A stretch of DNA of 64,000 nucleotides from Octopus vulgaris (GCA_951406725.2 OX597830.1:51956001-52020000); one strand, 5' to 3'. Counted from the first letter of the stretch, positions 14,680 to 27,861 are shown. Numbers and translations are program-made. Notes: a model not told the origin generated them from the letters alone.

Positions 14680-15677
14680 CGAAACAGAGATAGTGACAGA
14701 GGCAGAGACAGAAAGAGAGTGAGATGAAATAAAAGAAAATGATGATGAAGTGAAAAAGAGAAAACCAGAATCGAAGTTGAGAAGAAATTTAAGAATAGCA
14801 AGAAAGAAATAATAACGAACCTCTTAGAATAAAGAACCCTTTCGTATTGAACTTAAAACCTAGATTGCTGCTTAGTGGAGTTCAAATATGATGTTAACTT
14901 CTGGCTTTCCTGATACAGGACAACTGAGGAAATTAAAGGAAGTAGCGCTTTAAATGCCAAAAGAAGAAAACCAAATCATTCGGCACATTTAGTAAATCTC
15001 CCCAAAGCAGTGATAAGATAATGACTGAAAGAACTTGTGCACAGCTAGTATCTACTTTGTCAATATTATCTATATTCCTCATCTTTAAATCAATATGTAC
15101 GACCGATATTATATCAGAAGGCGAAATTGTGTAAACCGAAGAAATTTTCCTGCAATAACACCTAATCTTTTCAATTTATGGTAACATACCGACTTCATAT
15201 GTAAGAACGTGACCCTCCCAGGGCAATGCTCTTTGTTTAACGCAACTTTGTTTCTTTTACGGTTTTGTATATGTAAGAGAATTATTGGCAATAGTAGGTG
15301 CCATAAACTAGCATCTTTAAATTTCTATGAATATCACAGAAAAAAAATTTAAGATCTGAACTGTTATACTGAAGAGTTTTGAGGAATTTAGTTCTAGAAA
15401 AAGTGAATACAGAGAGTTTGAATAAGATAATAGGACGAATGTTCAGTTGATTTTGTATCGAACTAAAACATGGTGGGAGGAGACTAGAAGGTGTTGAAAA
15501 GGAAATATGGTCGGGGTGAGCGGAAGAATTAGTCATAACAGAGGTGTAGCTATGGCGTCCATGTCTATGGTTATATGTATGCCTGTAAATACATTATGTG
15601 CATATGTGTGTGTGCGTGTGTATTTCTCTGTATGTATGTAAATATATGTGCGTATAAGTACATACATTTATTATTAT

Positions 15678-15847
<170 letters not shown>

Positions 15848-15961
15848 TAGATAGATAGATATATGGATACATATATTTGCATATATATGTATATCAGCTT
15901 TTAGGCATACGTATAATATACTTATGATTATATATATATATTCATTCATACATCCATATAT

Positions 15962-16004
<43 letters not shown>

Positions 16005-16661
16005 GATATATGCATGTACATGTATGTATGTATACGCACTCATACACACAAATGCATACATGCTTGCTTGCATGCATAATTGAGGCAGTGAGTAGGAACA
16101 CACGGTTACGATGTTTATTAATGTTTTTTTTTATTTATAATTTCTTTTTTTTTACTTTTTACATTTAATCTTTTGAGAGAGGAAAAAAAAATCAGTGTTT
16201 GATTATATGTTAATATGTGATACCATAATTGACTGTTTTATTGAAGTCTATAACAAACGGAGATCGCGCGTGTGCATGAGAGTGTGTGTGTGCGAGCGTT
16301 TGCATGCGCGTGTGTATAGCTATGGTCGTAGTGAAACTGAGTGGGTTGGTCGCAGACTAAAGAATATGTTTAATGCAAAACCTCAGAAAAATGGATTCAT
16401 TGAACGTGGAGTTTTAATCATATATATTAATGAACTCATTTAGTGAGCTGAACATTCCGGATGTCGGTTAGTACCTCGAAAGAACTACAATTAGGATCAG
16501 CACCGCCAACGCTTCTACCCGAACAGATATATGAGTAATTAAAGTTGGAGGGAGATACCTAGAGAGATGAGTAAACTCCTCAGTGGGTGTGAGAGTAGAG
16601 GGGATGTATACACACACACACATATATATATTTACATGCATATATATGTATATGTATTTGT

Positions 16662-16718
<57 letters not shown>

Positions 16719-16811
16719 TACGTGTGTGTGTATGTATCTATGTATATCTTCCCTCATAGCTATCTCTCTATCTAAAATGTATTATATATATATATGTGTG
16801 TATCTAAAATG

Positions 16812-16845
<34 letters not shown>

Positions 16846-16925
16846 GACATATATATATATATGTGTGTGTGTGTGTGCATGTATGTATATCTTCCCTCGT
16901 AGCTATCTCTCTATCTAAAATGTAT

Positions 16926-16964
<39 letters not shown>

Positions 16965-17187
16965 ATGTATGTATATCTTCTCTCGTAGCTATCTCTCTAT
17001 CTATCTAAAATGCATTGTAGGGAGATATAGAAAGATAGGTAGATAAGAATGCATGTGTGTCTATACGCATTTATGCTTGTATGTAGGTATATCTGCGTGT
17101 GTATGTGTGTGTGTGTTTAGTTGTTTGTTATGTGCACATATATATTTGTATTATGTGTGCGTGGCAAACAGCCATACAGACAGACAG

Positions 17188-17220
<33 letters not shown>

Positions 17221-17698
17221 TGGATAGATAAGAAAATTAAACGCAATCTAAATTTGCAATTATAATTGCATGAAATGAATAACGAGTGAATGATAAAGCA
17301 TATGTAATCTGTGCAGTAAATTATCTACGAGGGAGAGAGGGGGAGAGAGGGGGAGACAGACAGGCAGACAGAGATAGACAGACAGGCAAACAGACAGACA
17401 AACCAAAGAGTATTAGAAACCAATTCTCACGTTGAGTTGCCGTGTAGAATTTCTTGGTTCGCTCCCAAAGCGTGGCACCATTGGCATGTTTTACAGTACC
17501 AAATGGTGTCTGCTCAATAACTGAATGGAATTCTATAGACAGTCACTGTGTCCCAGAACCGCAGCAAAAGCACAGACACCCAGACACACAGACACACACA
17601 CACACTCTCTCTAACATACTTATTCACGTATACACACACGCACACATATACATACTTGCATACACTAATATACGCATATATATATATATATATATATA

Positions 17699-18108
17699 CT
17701 CTTTTACTCTTTTACCTGTTTCAGTCATTTGACTGCTGCCATGCTGGAGCACCGCCTTTAGTCGAGCAAATCGACCCCGGAACTTATTCTTTGTAAGCCC
17801 AGTACTTATTCTATCGGTCTCTTTTTGCCGAACCACTAAGTGACGGGGACGTAAACACACCAGCATTGGTTGTCAAGCAATGCTAGGGGGACAAACACAC
17901 ACACACACAAACACACACGCATACATATATATACATATATACGACAGGCTTCTTTCAGTTTCCGTCTACCAAATCCACTCACAAGGCATTGGTCGGCCCG
18001 GGGCTATAGCAGGAGACACTTGCCCAAGATGCCACACAGTGGGACTGAACCCGGAATCATGTGGTTGGTTAGCAAGCTACTTACCACACAGCCACTCCTG
18101 CGCGCCTA
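17699..18108 (-). mobile_element. Second tRNA-derived SINE family with internal (CA)/(TA) microsatellite
   Basis: Head AGGCGCGCAGGAGTGGCTGTGTGGTAAG...GGGTTCAGTCCC; tail CAGTCAAATGACTGAAACAGGTAAAAGAGTAAAAG. Related copies near 20612, 26165, 28380, 44935, 58160, 59097, 61255, 62800 and 63170. Confidence 0.8.
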
Positions 18109-18137
18109 TATATATATATATATATATATACGAAATT

Positions 18138-20155
18138 AGAGTTGACTTGAAACTTGCTGTTTTGCCTGGTGGCAACTCCTGAGGTGAATTTTTTCTATAT
18201 ATATCAGCGCACGTGTCGTTGTGTGGACAGAGGTTTATACCGTCACGCCCGATGCTACAACCCTCATCCCTTCCTCCCCGATACCCCTCCCCATCATCCT
18301 CACCCCAACCCTTCCGTTACTTCAACACCCTACACTCTTCCCCCTCCCGTCTCTCGTCCCAACCTTCCACTCCCGGACTATGCGTATATTGATGATTGTA
18401 TCGGTGTAACCTCGCTCTCCCGCTAACAACCAGACGCCTTCCTCTCCTTGTCCAATCCTTCCGTCCTACCCTCGAATTCTCCCTCACTATTTCCCACATT
18501 TCCGTCGCATTTCGTGATATTTCAGTCAGCATACACCACTCCGCTCTAACTACCTCCATCCACTACAAACACACTCATACTTTAATTTCTCGCCCACCCA
18601 CCCTACTTACACCACGCTCTCCATCCCCTACTCCCAATCCATGGCTTTGAGATTCAGTCTCAACTCATGGCTTGCCACTTCATGCTTCGTGGATATCCTC
18701 TCACCACTATTCACACAGCCCTCGCCAGAGTACGTTCCATGGACCGTACCTCTGCTCTCTCTTCCCGCACTCGGCTCTGCCGTTGCCTGTCTCTAGTTTC
18801 CCCTCACCTACCACCCTTCCACTGTACCCCTCCAACGCACCATTCATCGGGCCTTCTGACGACTCCACCTCGCACATCTTCTCCAACCTACCCTTTCTCG
18901 TCTTCAAACGAGCCTACAATCTGCGTGACCTCCTGTTCCACAGTTTCTTCTCTAACCCCACCTCCCGGCCAGGCTCGTTCTCCTGCTCCCGCCCACGCTG
19001 CTGTACTTACTCCTGCTTCTCCAACACCACTATCTTCACAGGCACCAAACATCATCCCTATCGTATTACCGACTCCTTTACCTGCACTTTTAGCAACGTC
19101 ATTTTCTGCATCTCTTGCATTTTCTGCCCTTCTCTGTACATCGGTCAAACGGGACGCCGCTTGAGTGATCGGTTCGCGGAGCACCTCCGAGACATCCCAC
19201 ATGGCAATGACATCCCGGTCTCGTGCCATTTCCGTTCTACTGGTCATTCGCTACAACACCTGTCTGTGTTTGGATTGTCTTTGCACAGGTGCTATCCGGA
19301 CTCCCGCTTTCACCGTGAACAGGAATTAATCTTCTCTCTTCAGTCCTTTGCGTCAAATGGGCTCAACTCCAGTCCTCTCTTCATCTGACTCCCCTCCTCT
19401 CCTCTCTTCACTTGACAACTAATTCCTCTCCTCACTCCTAACCATCTCTCCTCTCCTCTCTTCCTTTGACACTTACTTCATCTCTTCACTCCTACCCACT
19501 TCTTTCTTCATTGATACCTTCACCACCCACACAACACACCCACAAATCCCACTCCCATGTACCCCACGCCTACGCTACAACTCTCACTTCCCTTCCCCCA
19601 CATACTCACCCCAACCCCACACCACATCACTCCCCATCATACACACACAAGCACTGATGACTTCCCAGCACCCACATCACATATCATCTGCATACCCACA
19701 CACCATCATCTACACACCCACACACCATCATCTACACACCCACACACTATCGTTCACACACCCACACACCATCACCCACTCACTATCACCCACACATTAT
19801 AGACGCACACAATTACACACACACATTCACACGTCGAAGTCACGAGCCCCAACACACACACACACACTTTTTGACATACACACGCCCACGCGCACTTTAG
19901 TTTTTGGGATCACCAATACTTTATTATCTCCCTTCTTTCTAATAATTTTTTTCCCAACCACCCTCTATGCTCCATCGCTAAATCCATTTTTTTTTATTCT
20001 CACTCTGTTTATTTCCTCGTGTTCCTTTCTGTTGAAGAGTGTAGACTCGAAACGTAAAGGACTTTCTCACTTTCCCGAGGGTCAGACTAGTACACCTAGT
20101 TGTTGTTCATACACCTGTCTTCGTCTTTTTTTTTCTGTAAATTTCAGCAATCATA
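18138..20155 (+). mobile_element. Penelope-like element pseudo-copy (RT + GIY-YIG endonuclease, pyrimidine-rich 3' region, hammerhead-bearing pLTR)
   Basis: YIDDCIG RT motif near 18385. GIY-YIG region SNVIFCISCIFCPSLYIGQTGRRLSDRFAEHLRDI...REQELIFSL...GLN ends at 19388. Hammerhead-like motif at 20024-20060. Confidence 0.85.
20024..20060 (+). ncRNA. Minimal hammerhead-like motif in Penelope pLTR (core variant)
   Basis: CCTTT-CTGTTGA-A-GAGT-GTAG-ACTC-GAAAC-GTA-AAGG; A6 is replaced by U and stem III is a loopless palindrome. Confidence 0.5.
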
Positions 20156-20195
20156 CATGTGTGTGTGTGCGCGCTCGCGTGTGTGTGTATTTATA

Positions 20196-20420
20196 TACGA
20201 TGAAGTGTTTAAAGGTTTCTACCTTTGGGTAAAAGAAAAAAAAAGGCGGCTCAATTAATTGATTTTATTCAACATGTTCCCCTCTCAGATTCACACACTT
20301 ATTGCGGCAGTCCTTCAGTTTTTCTAAGTCCTGTATAAGAACTTGGAAAGTTGAGCCTCCAGCTAGGCCTTCCGCGATACCCTTAAGGCCAAGACATTTT
20401 CAGTATCCCTTCGTGTATAT
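20196..20420. mobile_element. Degenerate mariner-like MITE
   Basis: TA-CGA...AAAGGTTTC..CTTTGGG and CCCTTAAGGCCAAGACATTTTCAGTATCCCTTCG-TA form imperfect TIRs. Confidence 0.5.
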
Positions 20421-20769
20421 GTATATAATGAAAAGAATTTGTCGGTGAATAAGCTTAACAATAAGCAAGAATATTGAAATAGAACATAGATGGAACATGG
20501 TATTAGAAGAACTGTTTAAGAAAGAAATTTCTTACAAAAATAGTTTAATTCCTGTGTCTTAAAGAAACTCTATTTGATAGATCTTCTTTAATAAAGAAAA
20601 TAATTGTATTTTATAGGCGCAGGCGTGGCTGTGTAGTAAGAAGCATGCCTCCAAACCACACGGCGTGGCACCTTGGGCAAGTGCCTTCTACTACAACCTC
20701 GGGCCGATCAACGCCTTCTAAGTAACTTTGGTAGACGGAAAGTGAGAGAAACCCATCGTACATATACAT

Positions 20770-20821
<52 letters not shown>

Positions 20822-21006
20822 GTGTGGAACCCAGCACTCATATTTTACAGGCTGGTGCTTATTCTATTGCTGCCTTCTGCCTACCTGTAAAGTTACATGG
20901 ACGTAAGCAAACCAACACAATTGTCGAGATGGGTGGGGTACCAAACACAGAGACAAAGATAAACACGAACACTCACTCACGCACACACTAACACAAGATA
21001 CGTATG

Positions 21007-21054
<48 letters not shown>

Positions 21055-21127
21055 ATTTAAAAATAGGATAATATTTTATAAGAATTTATCAAGTAGTCAG
21101 CGTAAAAAACCTCATAAGGAAGAAAAT

Positions 21128-21181
<54 letters not shown>

Positions 21182-21329
21182 TGTGTGTGCATGTATGTAT
21201 ATATATGTGTGTGTATATATATGAAATTTTTCCTTATCAGGTTTTTCACGCTGACTACTTGATGAATTCTTATAAAGATTTTATCCTATTTTAAAATTTT
21301 ATATATACGTATATATATATATATATATA

Positions 21330-23340
21330 ATTTGGATTCTATTTTGGATTCTTTGCCATGAAATTTGAATTTTTCAATTGGTGTTCAAGCCGTGAAAACA
21401 AAAAGAGTTAAACTACAGCAGCCGTAAAGGAATATTCTTAGACCGGGTGATGTGTGTGTATATGAGCGGAACACCTAAGCTCCACGCGGCTCTGACAGAA
21501 GGTAATGGCGAACATCTGCTGACTCTTTCGCGATAACTTTCTCTCATTCTTTCCTCCTGCATCTTGCAGCTCACTTGCGACGGACCGGTTTCACGTTCAG
21601 GTGGGGAACCCATACGCGAAGGAAACCGGAAAACCGGCCCTTATGAGCCAGGCATGGCTCCAGAAGGAACAAACATTACTAATAGCAATTCACCATACGT
21701 AGGCATAAAGGAAAACATGAGTTCATACTAATCCTTATATAACGACCTGCCTGAATGCGTCCACGTTTCATTTAAGACACGTGCATGCCATGTACAATAG
21801 ACAGTCTAGTTAAAAGACATGCCACGGGGGGAGGGAGGATGTAGCATAAACCTGTACTTTAAAGCAAGTTTATGTAATTTTGGTGAGGAGGGATGAAATT
21901 ACAACGCGTGACTGTGTATCAGCCCGTTCATTATGAAATTTGTATTTAACTCTGATGGTCCGGATTTAAACGTTTTATTCTTTGAGAGAGGTGGGAACAT
22001 GTTCATTGAAAGAAGAATTTAGACAATAGAAAATGATATATGCAGAGGTTTGCCACATTTCATGTACACAAACGTAGTTGGTTTTCATTCACTGTGGACA
22101 TTTAGAAAATTATAATCCCACTTAGTTTTTGCGCTTACATGCTTGTTTTTCTTTTAAGGCTCTCGTTACAGTTCCTGTGAAGAGAAACGATGAATGGACC
22201 TTGAGCCTGTGAATGGAATACGCTCTGTAGTTTCTCCAACGATCAGAGGACTTACACGACCGAAACTTTGTGTTCCTGGTTTGCAGTGCTGACGCGTCCT
22301 AGAAAGGGGTGAGCCCAGTCCGGAAAATCCCAATACGTCTCCGTTCCGGCTGCATGCAGCCGAAATATCTCGGTTGTTGCGGCCATGAATTGATATGGGA
22401 TGATTTTTCATCAAGTTTTTGAAACGGCCGTAAACGGAGAAAGGTTCAAAGAATGTTTGATCGAGATTCACCAACGGTGCACCCACGACGAAATCAACAA
22501 TCCTGTCTTCATCCTTGACAACGCCAGGATCCACCATTATCATGAACTGGCAGATGCTATTAAGGAATTTGGCATTACCATGTTCTACCTGCCTCCATAT
22601 TCGCCTTTCCTAAACCAAAACGAGAACATTTTCTCCGTTTGGAAATGCTCGGTTATCCAAGGCGAAGCAAAGAACGAGCCGGACCTTTACCAATTGATAT
22701 CTGAATAGTTCGATGAAAGAACTCATGAACACTGTGATAGCTTCTACCAAAAGATGCTCCGTTACGTCTACCGGTCTGAACAAGGGGAGATCATAAACGA
22801 ATGATTCTTTTACTATTGTTTGCGTATGTTTGAACAGTTCATTCAAGATAATTTATACATTTTTACAAACTGCAACTTTTTTTGCGAGAAATATCAGTTA
22901 GGGAAATTTGAAAACCCTTATCTCAGGATAGCTAATAAACCTGGTCTGATTTAAATCAACAATTGTTGATCATATCTTTTAATCATAATGGTAATTTCAC
23001 ACCCCCCCAAAATTGCTTAAAAGTTCTTTAAAGCGCGGGTTTATGCTACATCTTCCCTCCCCCCGTGGTATGTCTTTTCACTAGACTGTCTACTGTACAT
23101 GGCATGCACGTGCCTTAGATAACACGTGGACGCATTCAGGCAGGTCGTTATATCAGGATTAGTAATGAGCTCATTATTTCCTTTATGTGTCTACGTATGG
23201 TGAATTGCTGCATTGTAAAGAGCAGTTTATCCATGTATTTCCTTATGGCTGATGTAGTTTAACTCTTTTTTTTTTTTTCAAGGCTTGAGCACCAATTGAA
23301 AATTCAAATTTGATGGCAAAGAATCCAAACAAGATCGAAA
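21330..23340 (+). mobile_element. Tc1/IS630-type DNA transposon remnant with long terminal inverted repeats
   Basis: Inverted arms ~21330-21905 (interrupted by a SINE piece at ~21435-21680) and ~22990-23340 enclose a broken transposase. Confidence 0.75.
22170..22803 (+). pseudogene. DD34E (Tc1/IS630, DDE_3) transposase fragment
   Basis: RNISVVAAM..GMIFH, then ILDNARIHH...YLPPYSPFLNQNE with 34 residues between D and E; in-frame stops. Confidence 0.85.
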
Positions 23341-23520
23341 ACATCTACATATATATATATATACATATATACAAAAAGCAATAAAGATTCAAGTTAATTT
23401 AAATGAATTTACTTGAATATGGTACCTAACTTAGATGCACCAAAAAAAACTATACTGTTTTAACAATACAGTAATGTGGGGTGATTATAAGCGAGAAAGA
23501 AGCAACAAGAATGGATAGGT

Positions 23521-23611
23521 TTTTAGTACAATCGTTTCATACAAGGACAGGCTTTATTAAAAGTTGCAAAAATTACAGCATATAAACGTGTCCCGTACTC
23601 ATCAGCTAAAA
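23521..23611 (-). ncRNA. Type I hammerhead ribozyme (mirror copy)
   Basis: Reverse complement of 24863-24953 with core and stems intact. Confidence 0.8.
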
Positions 23612-24862
23612 TACATGTGAGTTCTCTAGACATCCTAGTGGTTGAGGCTATACTCATGAAGTAATGTAGATAATTAAGTAACATAAACAGATTTCCAAAG
23701 TTCATTAAAGTTCTTTAAAGATGATGTACAGTCTTATCACAGAATTTTAAAAAAGTTTTAATAGCATCACAGAGAAGGTGACCTAATCCATAGTGCACAT
23801 ATGAATTTCCAGAGATATGAGGAGGGATTACATACTCAGAGACGACAAATTTATCCATTGTTAATCACAACGAGGTGGGTCTCAATTCCTGCTTATTAGC
23901 ATTACAGAGAGGGTGAATTAATCCTTTGTATAGATGCACAATTTCCAATGGTGTAGATGTAAATTTCCAAAGAAATGAAGAGGAATTTCATATTCACAGG
24001 CGATAAATTTATCAATGGTTGAACACAATGAGGTAGGTATCAATTCTTGTTATATGATTAGGTATTTGCCACATTAATCACATTACTGCTATTTACAAGA
24101 GGCTGTAGCTATTTAACTTATTCTTCTGTATAACTAGAACCCTCTTTTTTTCTTTTTCTTTTTTTCCCTTCTTTCCCTATTTCTTTCTCTTTTCTCTTTT
24201 TTCTTTTTCTTCTTCTTATTCTCTTTTTCCTTTTCTCTTCTCTTTTAGTCCCCCTCCCCCCTTTTTGCTCCCTCCTCCTTTATTTTCTCTCTTTTTTCTT
24301 CTCTTCCCTTCCCTTTTCTGTTCTTTGCCTCTCTAGAAAGCCCTTCAGCCTTTAAAAGTTAAATAGCTACAGCCTCTTGTAAATAGCAGTAATGTGATTA
24401 ATGTGGCAAATACCTAATCATATAACAAGAATTGATACCCACCTCATTGTGTTCAACCATTGATAAATTTATCGCCTGTGAATATGAAATTCCTCTTCAT
24501 TTCTCTGGAAATTTACATCTACACCATTGGAAATTGTGCATCTATACAAAGGATTAATTCACCCTCTCTGTAATGCTAATAAGCAGGAATTGAGACCCAC
24601 CTCGTTGTGATTAACAATGGATAAATTTGTCGTCTGTGAGTATGTAATCCCTCCTCATATCTCTGGAAATTCATATGTGCACTATGGATTAGGTCACCTT
24701 CTCTGTGATGCTATTAAAACTTTTTAAAATTCTGTGATAAGACTGTACATCATCTTTAAAGAACTTTAATGAACTTTGGAAATCTGTTTATGTTACTTAA
24801 TTATCTACATTACTTCATGAGTATAGCCTCAACCACTAGGATGTCTAGAGAACTCACATGTA

Positions 24863-24953
24863 TTTTAGCTGATGAGTACGGGACACGTTTATATGCTGTA
24901 ATTTTTGCAACTTTTAATAAAACCTGTCCTTGTATGAAACGATTGTACTAAAA
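24863..24953 (+). ncRNA. Type I hammerhead ribozyme
   Basis: Stem I TTTTAG/CTAAAA; core CTGATGA; stem II GTACGGGACA/TGTCCTTGTAT with long loop; GAAAC-gatt-GTA. Predicted cleavage after 24947. Confidence 0.8.
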
Positions 24954-24984
24954 ACCTATCCATTCTTGTTGCTTCTTTCTCGCT

Positions 24985-25068
<84 letters not shown>

Positions 25069-25074
<6 letters not shown>

Positions 25075-25360
25075 GTTGTCCGGAAAGTTCTGAGCGTTTA
25101 TTTATATGCAAAAAGGATATAAATATAACTTGGAATAAATACTTGACTTGGAATAATTGAATGGAACAATTACGAAGGTCGGTTATATCGTTAATATTCT
25201 TTGTTTTTGGTAACTATAAGGTTGTCCCAAAAGTTCGTAGAAAGTCTTGGAAAATAATGGCCTTTATTTTGAGGAATAATTTTTGTTGTTTTTGTTAGTA
25301 CTTGGCGAGTAAAAATTCAATTTTCGCAAGTGTTTACGAACTTTTGGGACAACCTAATAT
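25069..25360. mobile_element. Mariner-like MITE
   Basis: TIRs TATTAGGTTGTCCGGAAAGTTC / GAACTTTTGGGACAACCTAATA with TA ends; a third internal TIR-like copy at ~25218. Confidence 0.75.
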
Positions 25361-26708
25361 TAGGTTTCTGTCTATGTATGTTAAAATCTAAAATAATAGA
25401 ATCGGTATGGTATTATGGTATAAATGGTTGCTTCTAGTTTGCATTTGAACTCTAGGTACAATATATGAGGTCAACCTACTTACTCAATCAGCCTTACACC
25501 TGGACATCCTAATCAAGTTAGACAGTTTAGATTTTGGATGTCTTTGCCCTCTTACCAGGAATATATTCGGAAAATACTTTTCTCTTTTTTGAGAAAAATT
25601 ATCGTTATGCTGTTTTGCGTTAGCGCCTACTTAACTAACGTATCAGTAATTAAATGCCTGACGAGACAAGGATGTTGCAACTTCGGGTGTCAAAGAATCC
25701 CTTGTGAATCAAGTGCGTTATCAACACATACATTGCGAATAGCGATCTTGTTCTGTAACACAACAGCGATAATTATGTTAATATTCGAATCTACCAGTAA
25801 GTAATAAGAATAAACATCATTTTGATTTTCTCTATTCACAGTGCATTTGACGATTTAATTGCAGTTATGTAGTTATTCATTCAATAGTTGAGGGCATAAC
25901 CACTCACTCGATTAATGCATTGTCCTATGATATTGTACCTGGTTGTGAAACGTGCTAGAAATAAAAGTCAAATCACTCAACTTATGTCCTTAAAAAACGG
26001 ATAATGCATTCCTTCAAACACTCTGCTACCGATAGAAAGCATTAGATGGCAGTGTACTGGATCAAAGACTGAACTCAAAGCGGAAATATCGCGATAGCTA
26101 AGTGAGCTCTTGATATATCAAATTAAGTTTCGCGCCCATCTAATCTCATACTTCCTTGCATAGTAGGCGTTGGCATGGCATTGTAGCTAAGACGTTCGCT
26201 TTGCAGCCATGTGGTTTCAGGTTCAGTCACATTTCACGGCACCTTCGATAAATGTCTTCTATTATAGCCCTCAGCTATCAGTGTATGAAAGTCAATTTGG
26301 TGAACGGAAAGTGCAATCTGTCGAATACATACAGACACACACACACACACACACACGCACATATATATATATAAAATATGACAATTATTCGGTAGCCATA
26401 ATAAAACTCCGAGTTTTATCATGGCTACCGAATATTTGTCACATATAAAGATAAAGTCTTCTATTTACATAATATCGAGGTCTCATTCTTTTGCTCTCTT
26501 ACCATTTCTATCAATATATATATATATATATATATATAAATTCAGGGTGAATACCTGATAAATGTAAGCACCAGTATATATAGAGAGCTTTTGAACTATC
26601 TGTTATGTCGATTATACATTGATGTAAGAATAAGTTGTTTTATAAAGCTCGAAACATGTGTACCGCGACATCCTTCGTGTCCTGTTTTTCATTTTATTTC
26701 ATTTGATA

Positions 26709-26792
<84 letters not shown>

Positions 26793-27070
26793 ATAAAGGG
26801 TGGAATATAATTAATTTAATAAAATTAATCAATTTCACCTAGTAGATTTGTCGGTATGGAAAAGACCATATTTGGTAAGGGTTGTAATAATTATAATTAA
26901 GGGTTAAATGCAACAAGTTGCTCAAAACCACATACCGAAAATATTAGAAATAGCAGCCAAAATTGGTCACTATTTCCTCTACTAGTAAAAAGTCTCCACA
27001 AACAAACAGAATTTGTAAGCTGTATATGGCAAAAAAGGCAGAAAATAACGAAAACCCAGCCTATGGATTA

Positions 27071-27128
27071 ATTATAGACGACTCGTTTCTGGATTAGAAC
27101 CGAAGGTTCATTTCCTTGTCAATATAAT
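27071..27128 (-). ncRNA. Variant type I hammerhead ribozyme (copy in tandem unit)
   Basis: Identical reverse complement of 27804-27861. Confidence 0.55.
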
Positions 27129-27803
27129 ATTTCCTATAGATCTAGAAATGCTAGGGGAAAAAACTTACCCGTTACACCAGTACGATCAGCGACATCGGAC
27201 GGCCTAACGGAACTGCTAGCATTCCTACACCTATGCCGACATGCGAATTCATATTTCCCTCCAAAATTTACCACGTGAGCTACAAAAATATTACCAACGA
27301 AACGAAAAATTCGGAGATAACTTGTAAGGGAGCAAAAATATTCAATATGCAATAAAGGGTGGAATATAATTAATTTAATAAAATTAATCAATTTCACCTA
27401 GTAGATTTGTCGGTATGGAAAAGACCATATTTGGTAAGGGTTATAATAATTATAATTAAGGGTTAAATGCAACAAGTTGCTCAAAACCACATACCGAAAA
27501 TATTAGAAATAGCAGCCAAAATTGGTCACTATTTCCTCTACTGATTAATTTTATTAAATTAATTATATTCCACCCTTTATTGCATATTGAATACTTTTGC
27601 TCCCTTACAAGTTATCTCCGAATTTTTCGTTTCGTTGGTAATGTTTTTGTAGTTCACGTGGTAAATTTTGGAGGGAAATATGAATTCGCATGTCGGCATT
27701 GGTGTAGGAATGCTAGCAGTTCCGTTAGGCCGTCCGATGTCGCTGATCGTACTGGTGTAACGGGTAAGTTTTTTCCCCTAGCATTTCTAGATCTATAGGA
27801 AAT

Positions 27804-27861
27804 ATTATATTGACAAGGAAATGAACCTTCGGTTCTAATCCAGAAACGAGTCGTCTATAAT
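27804..27861 (+). ncRNA. Variant type I hammerhead ribozyme (U3-A8 core)
   Basis: Stem I ATTATA/TATAAT; core TTGACAA; stem II GGA..GAACC-TTC-GGTTC..TCC; one extra A; GAAAC-GAGTC-GTC. Confidence 0.55.

Larger units (their letters stand above)
23487..24988. repeat. Near-perfect inverted repeat (~630-bp arms, ~235-bp polypyrimidine spacer); inverted-pLTR Penelope/retrozyme-like insert
   Basis: Arms ~23487-24119 and ~24356-24988 are reverse complements with only a few mismatches. The same 60-aa spurious ORF appears on both strands. Confidence 0.92.

Noticed and set aside
23523-23705. 60-aa ORF duplicated at 24769-24951
   Set aside because: A by-product of the inverted repeat overlapping the hammerhead; no protein features.
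26575-26665. GAGCTTT...AAAGCTC-GAAAC-atgt-GTA half-hammerhead (similar halves at ~49040-49060 minus and ~63425-63440 plus)
   Set aside because: CUGANGA core and stem I are missing; at most truncated remnants.
27134-27798. 87-aa and 72-aa ORFs in the 559-bp repeat
   Set aside because: Non-ATG starts, no recognisable domain, duplicated only because of the repeat.
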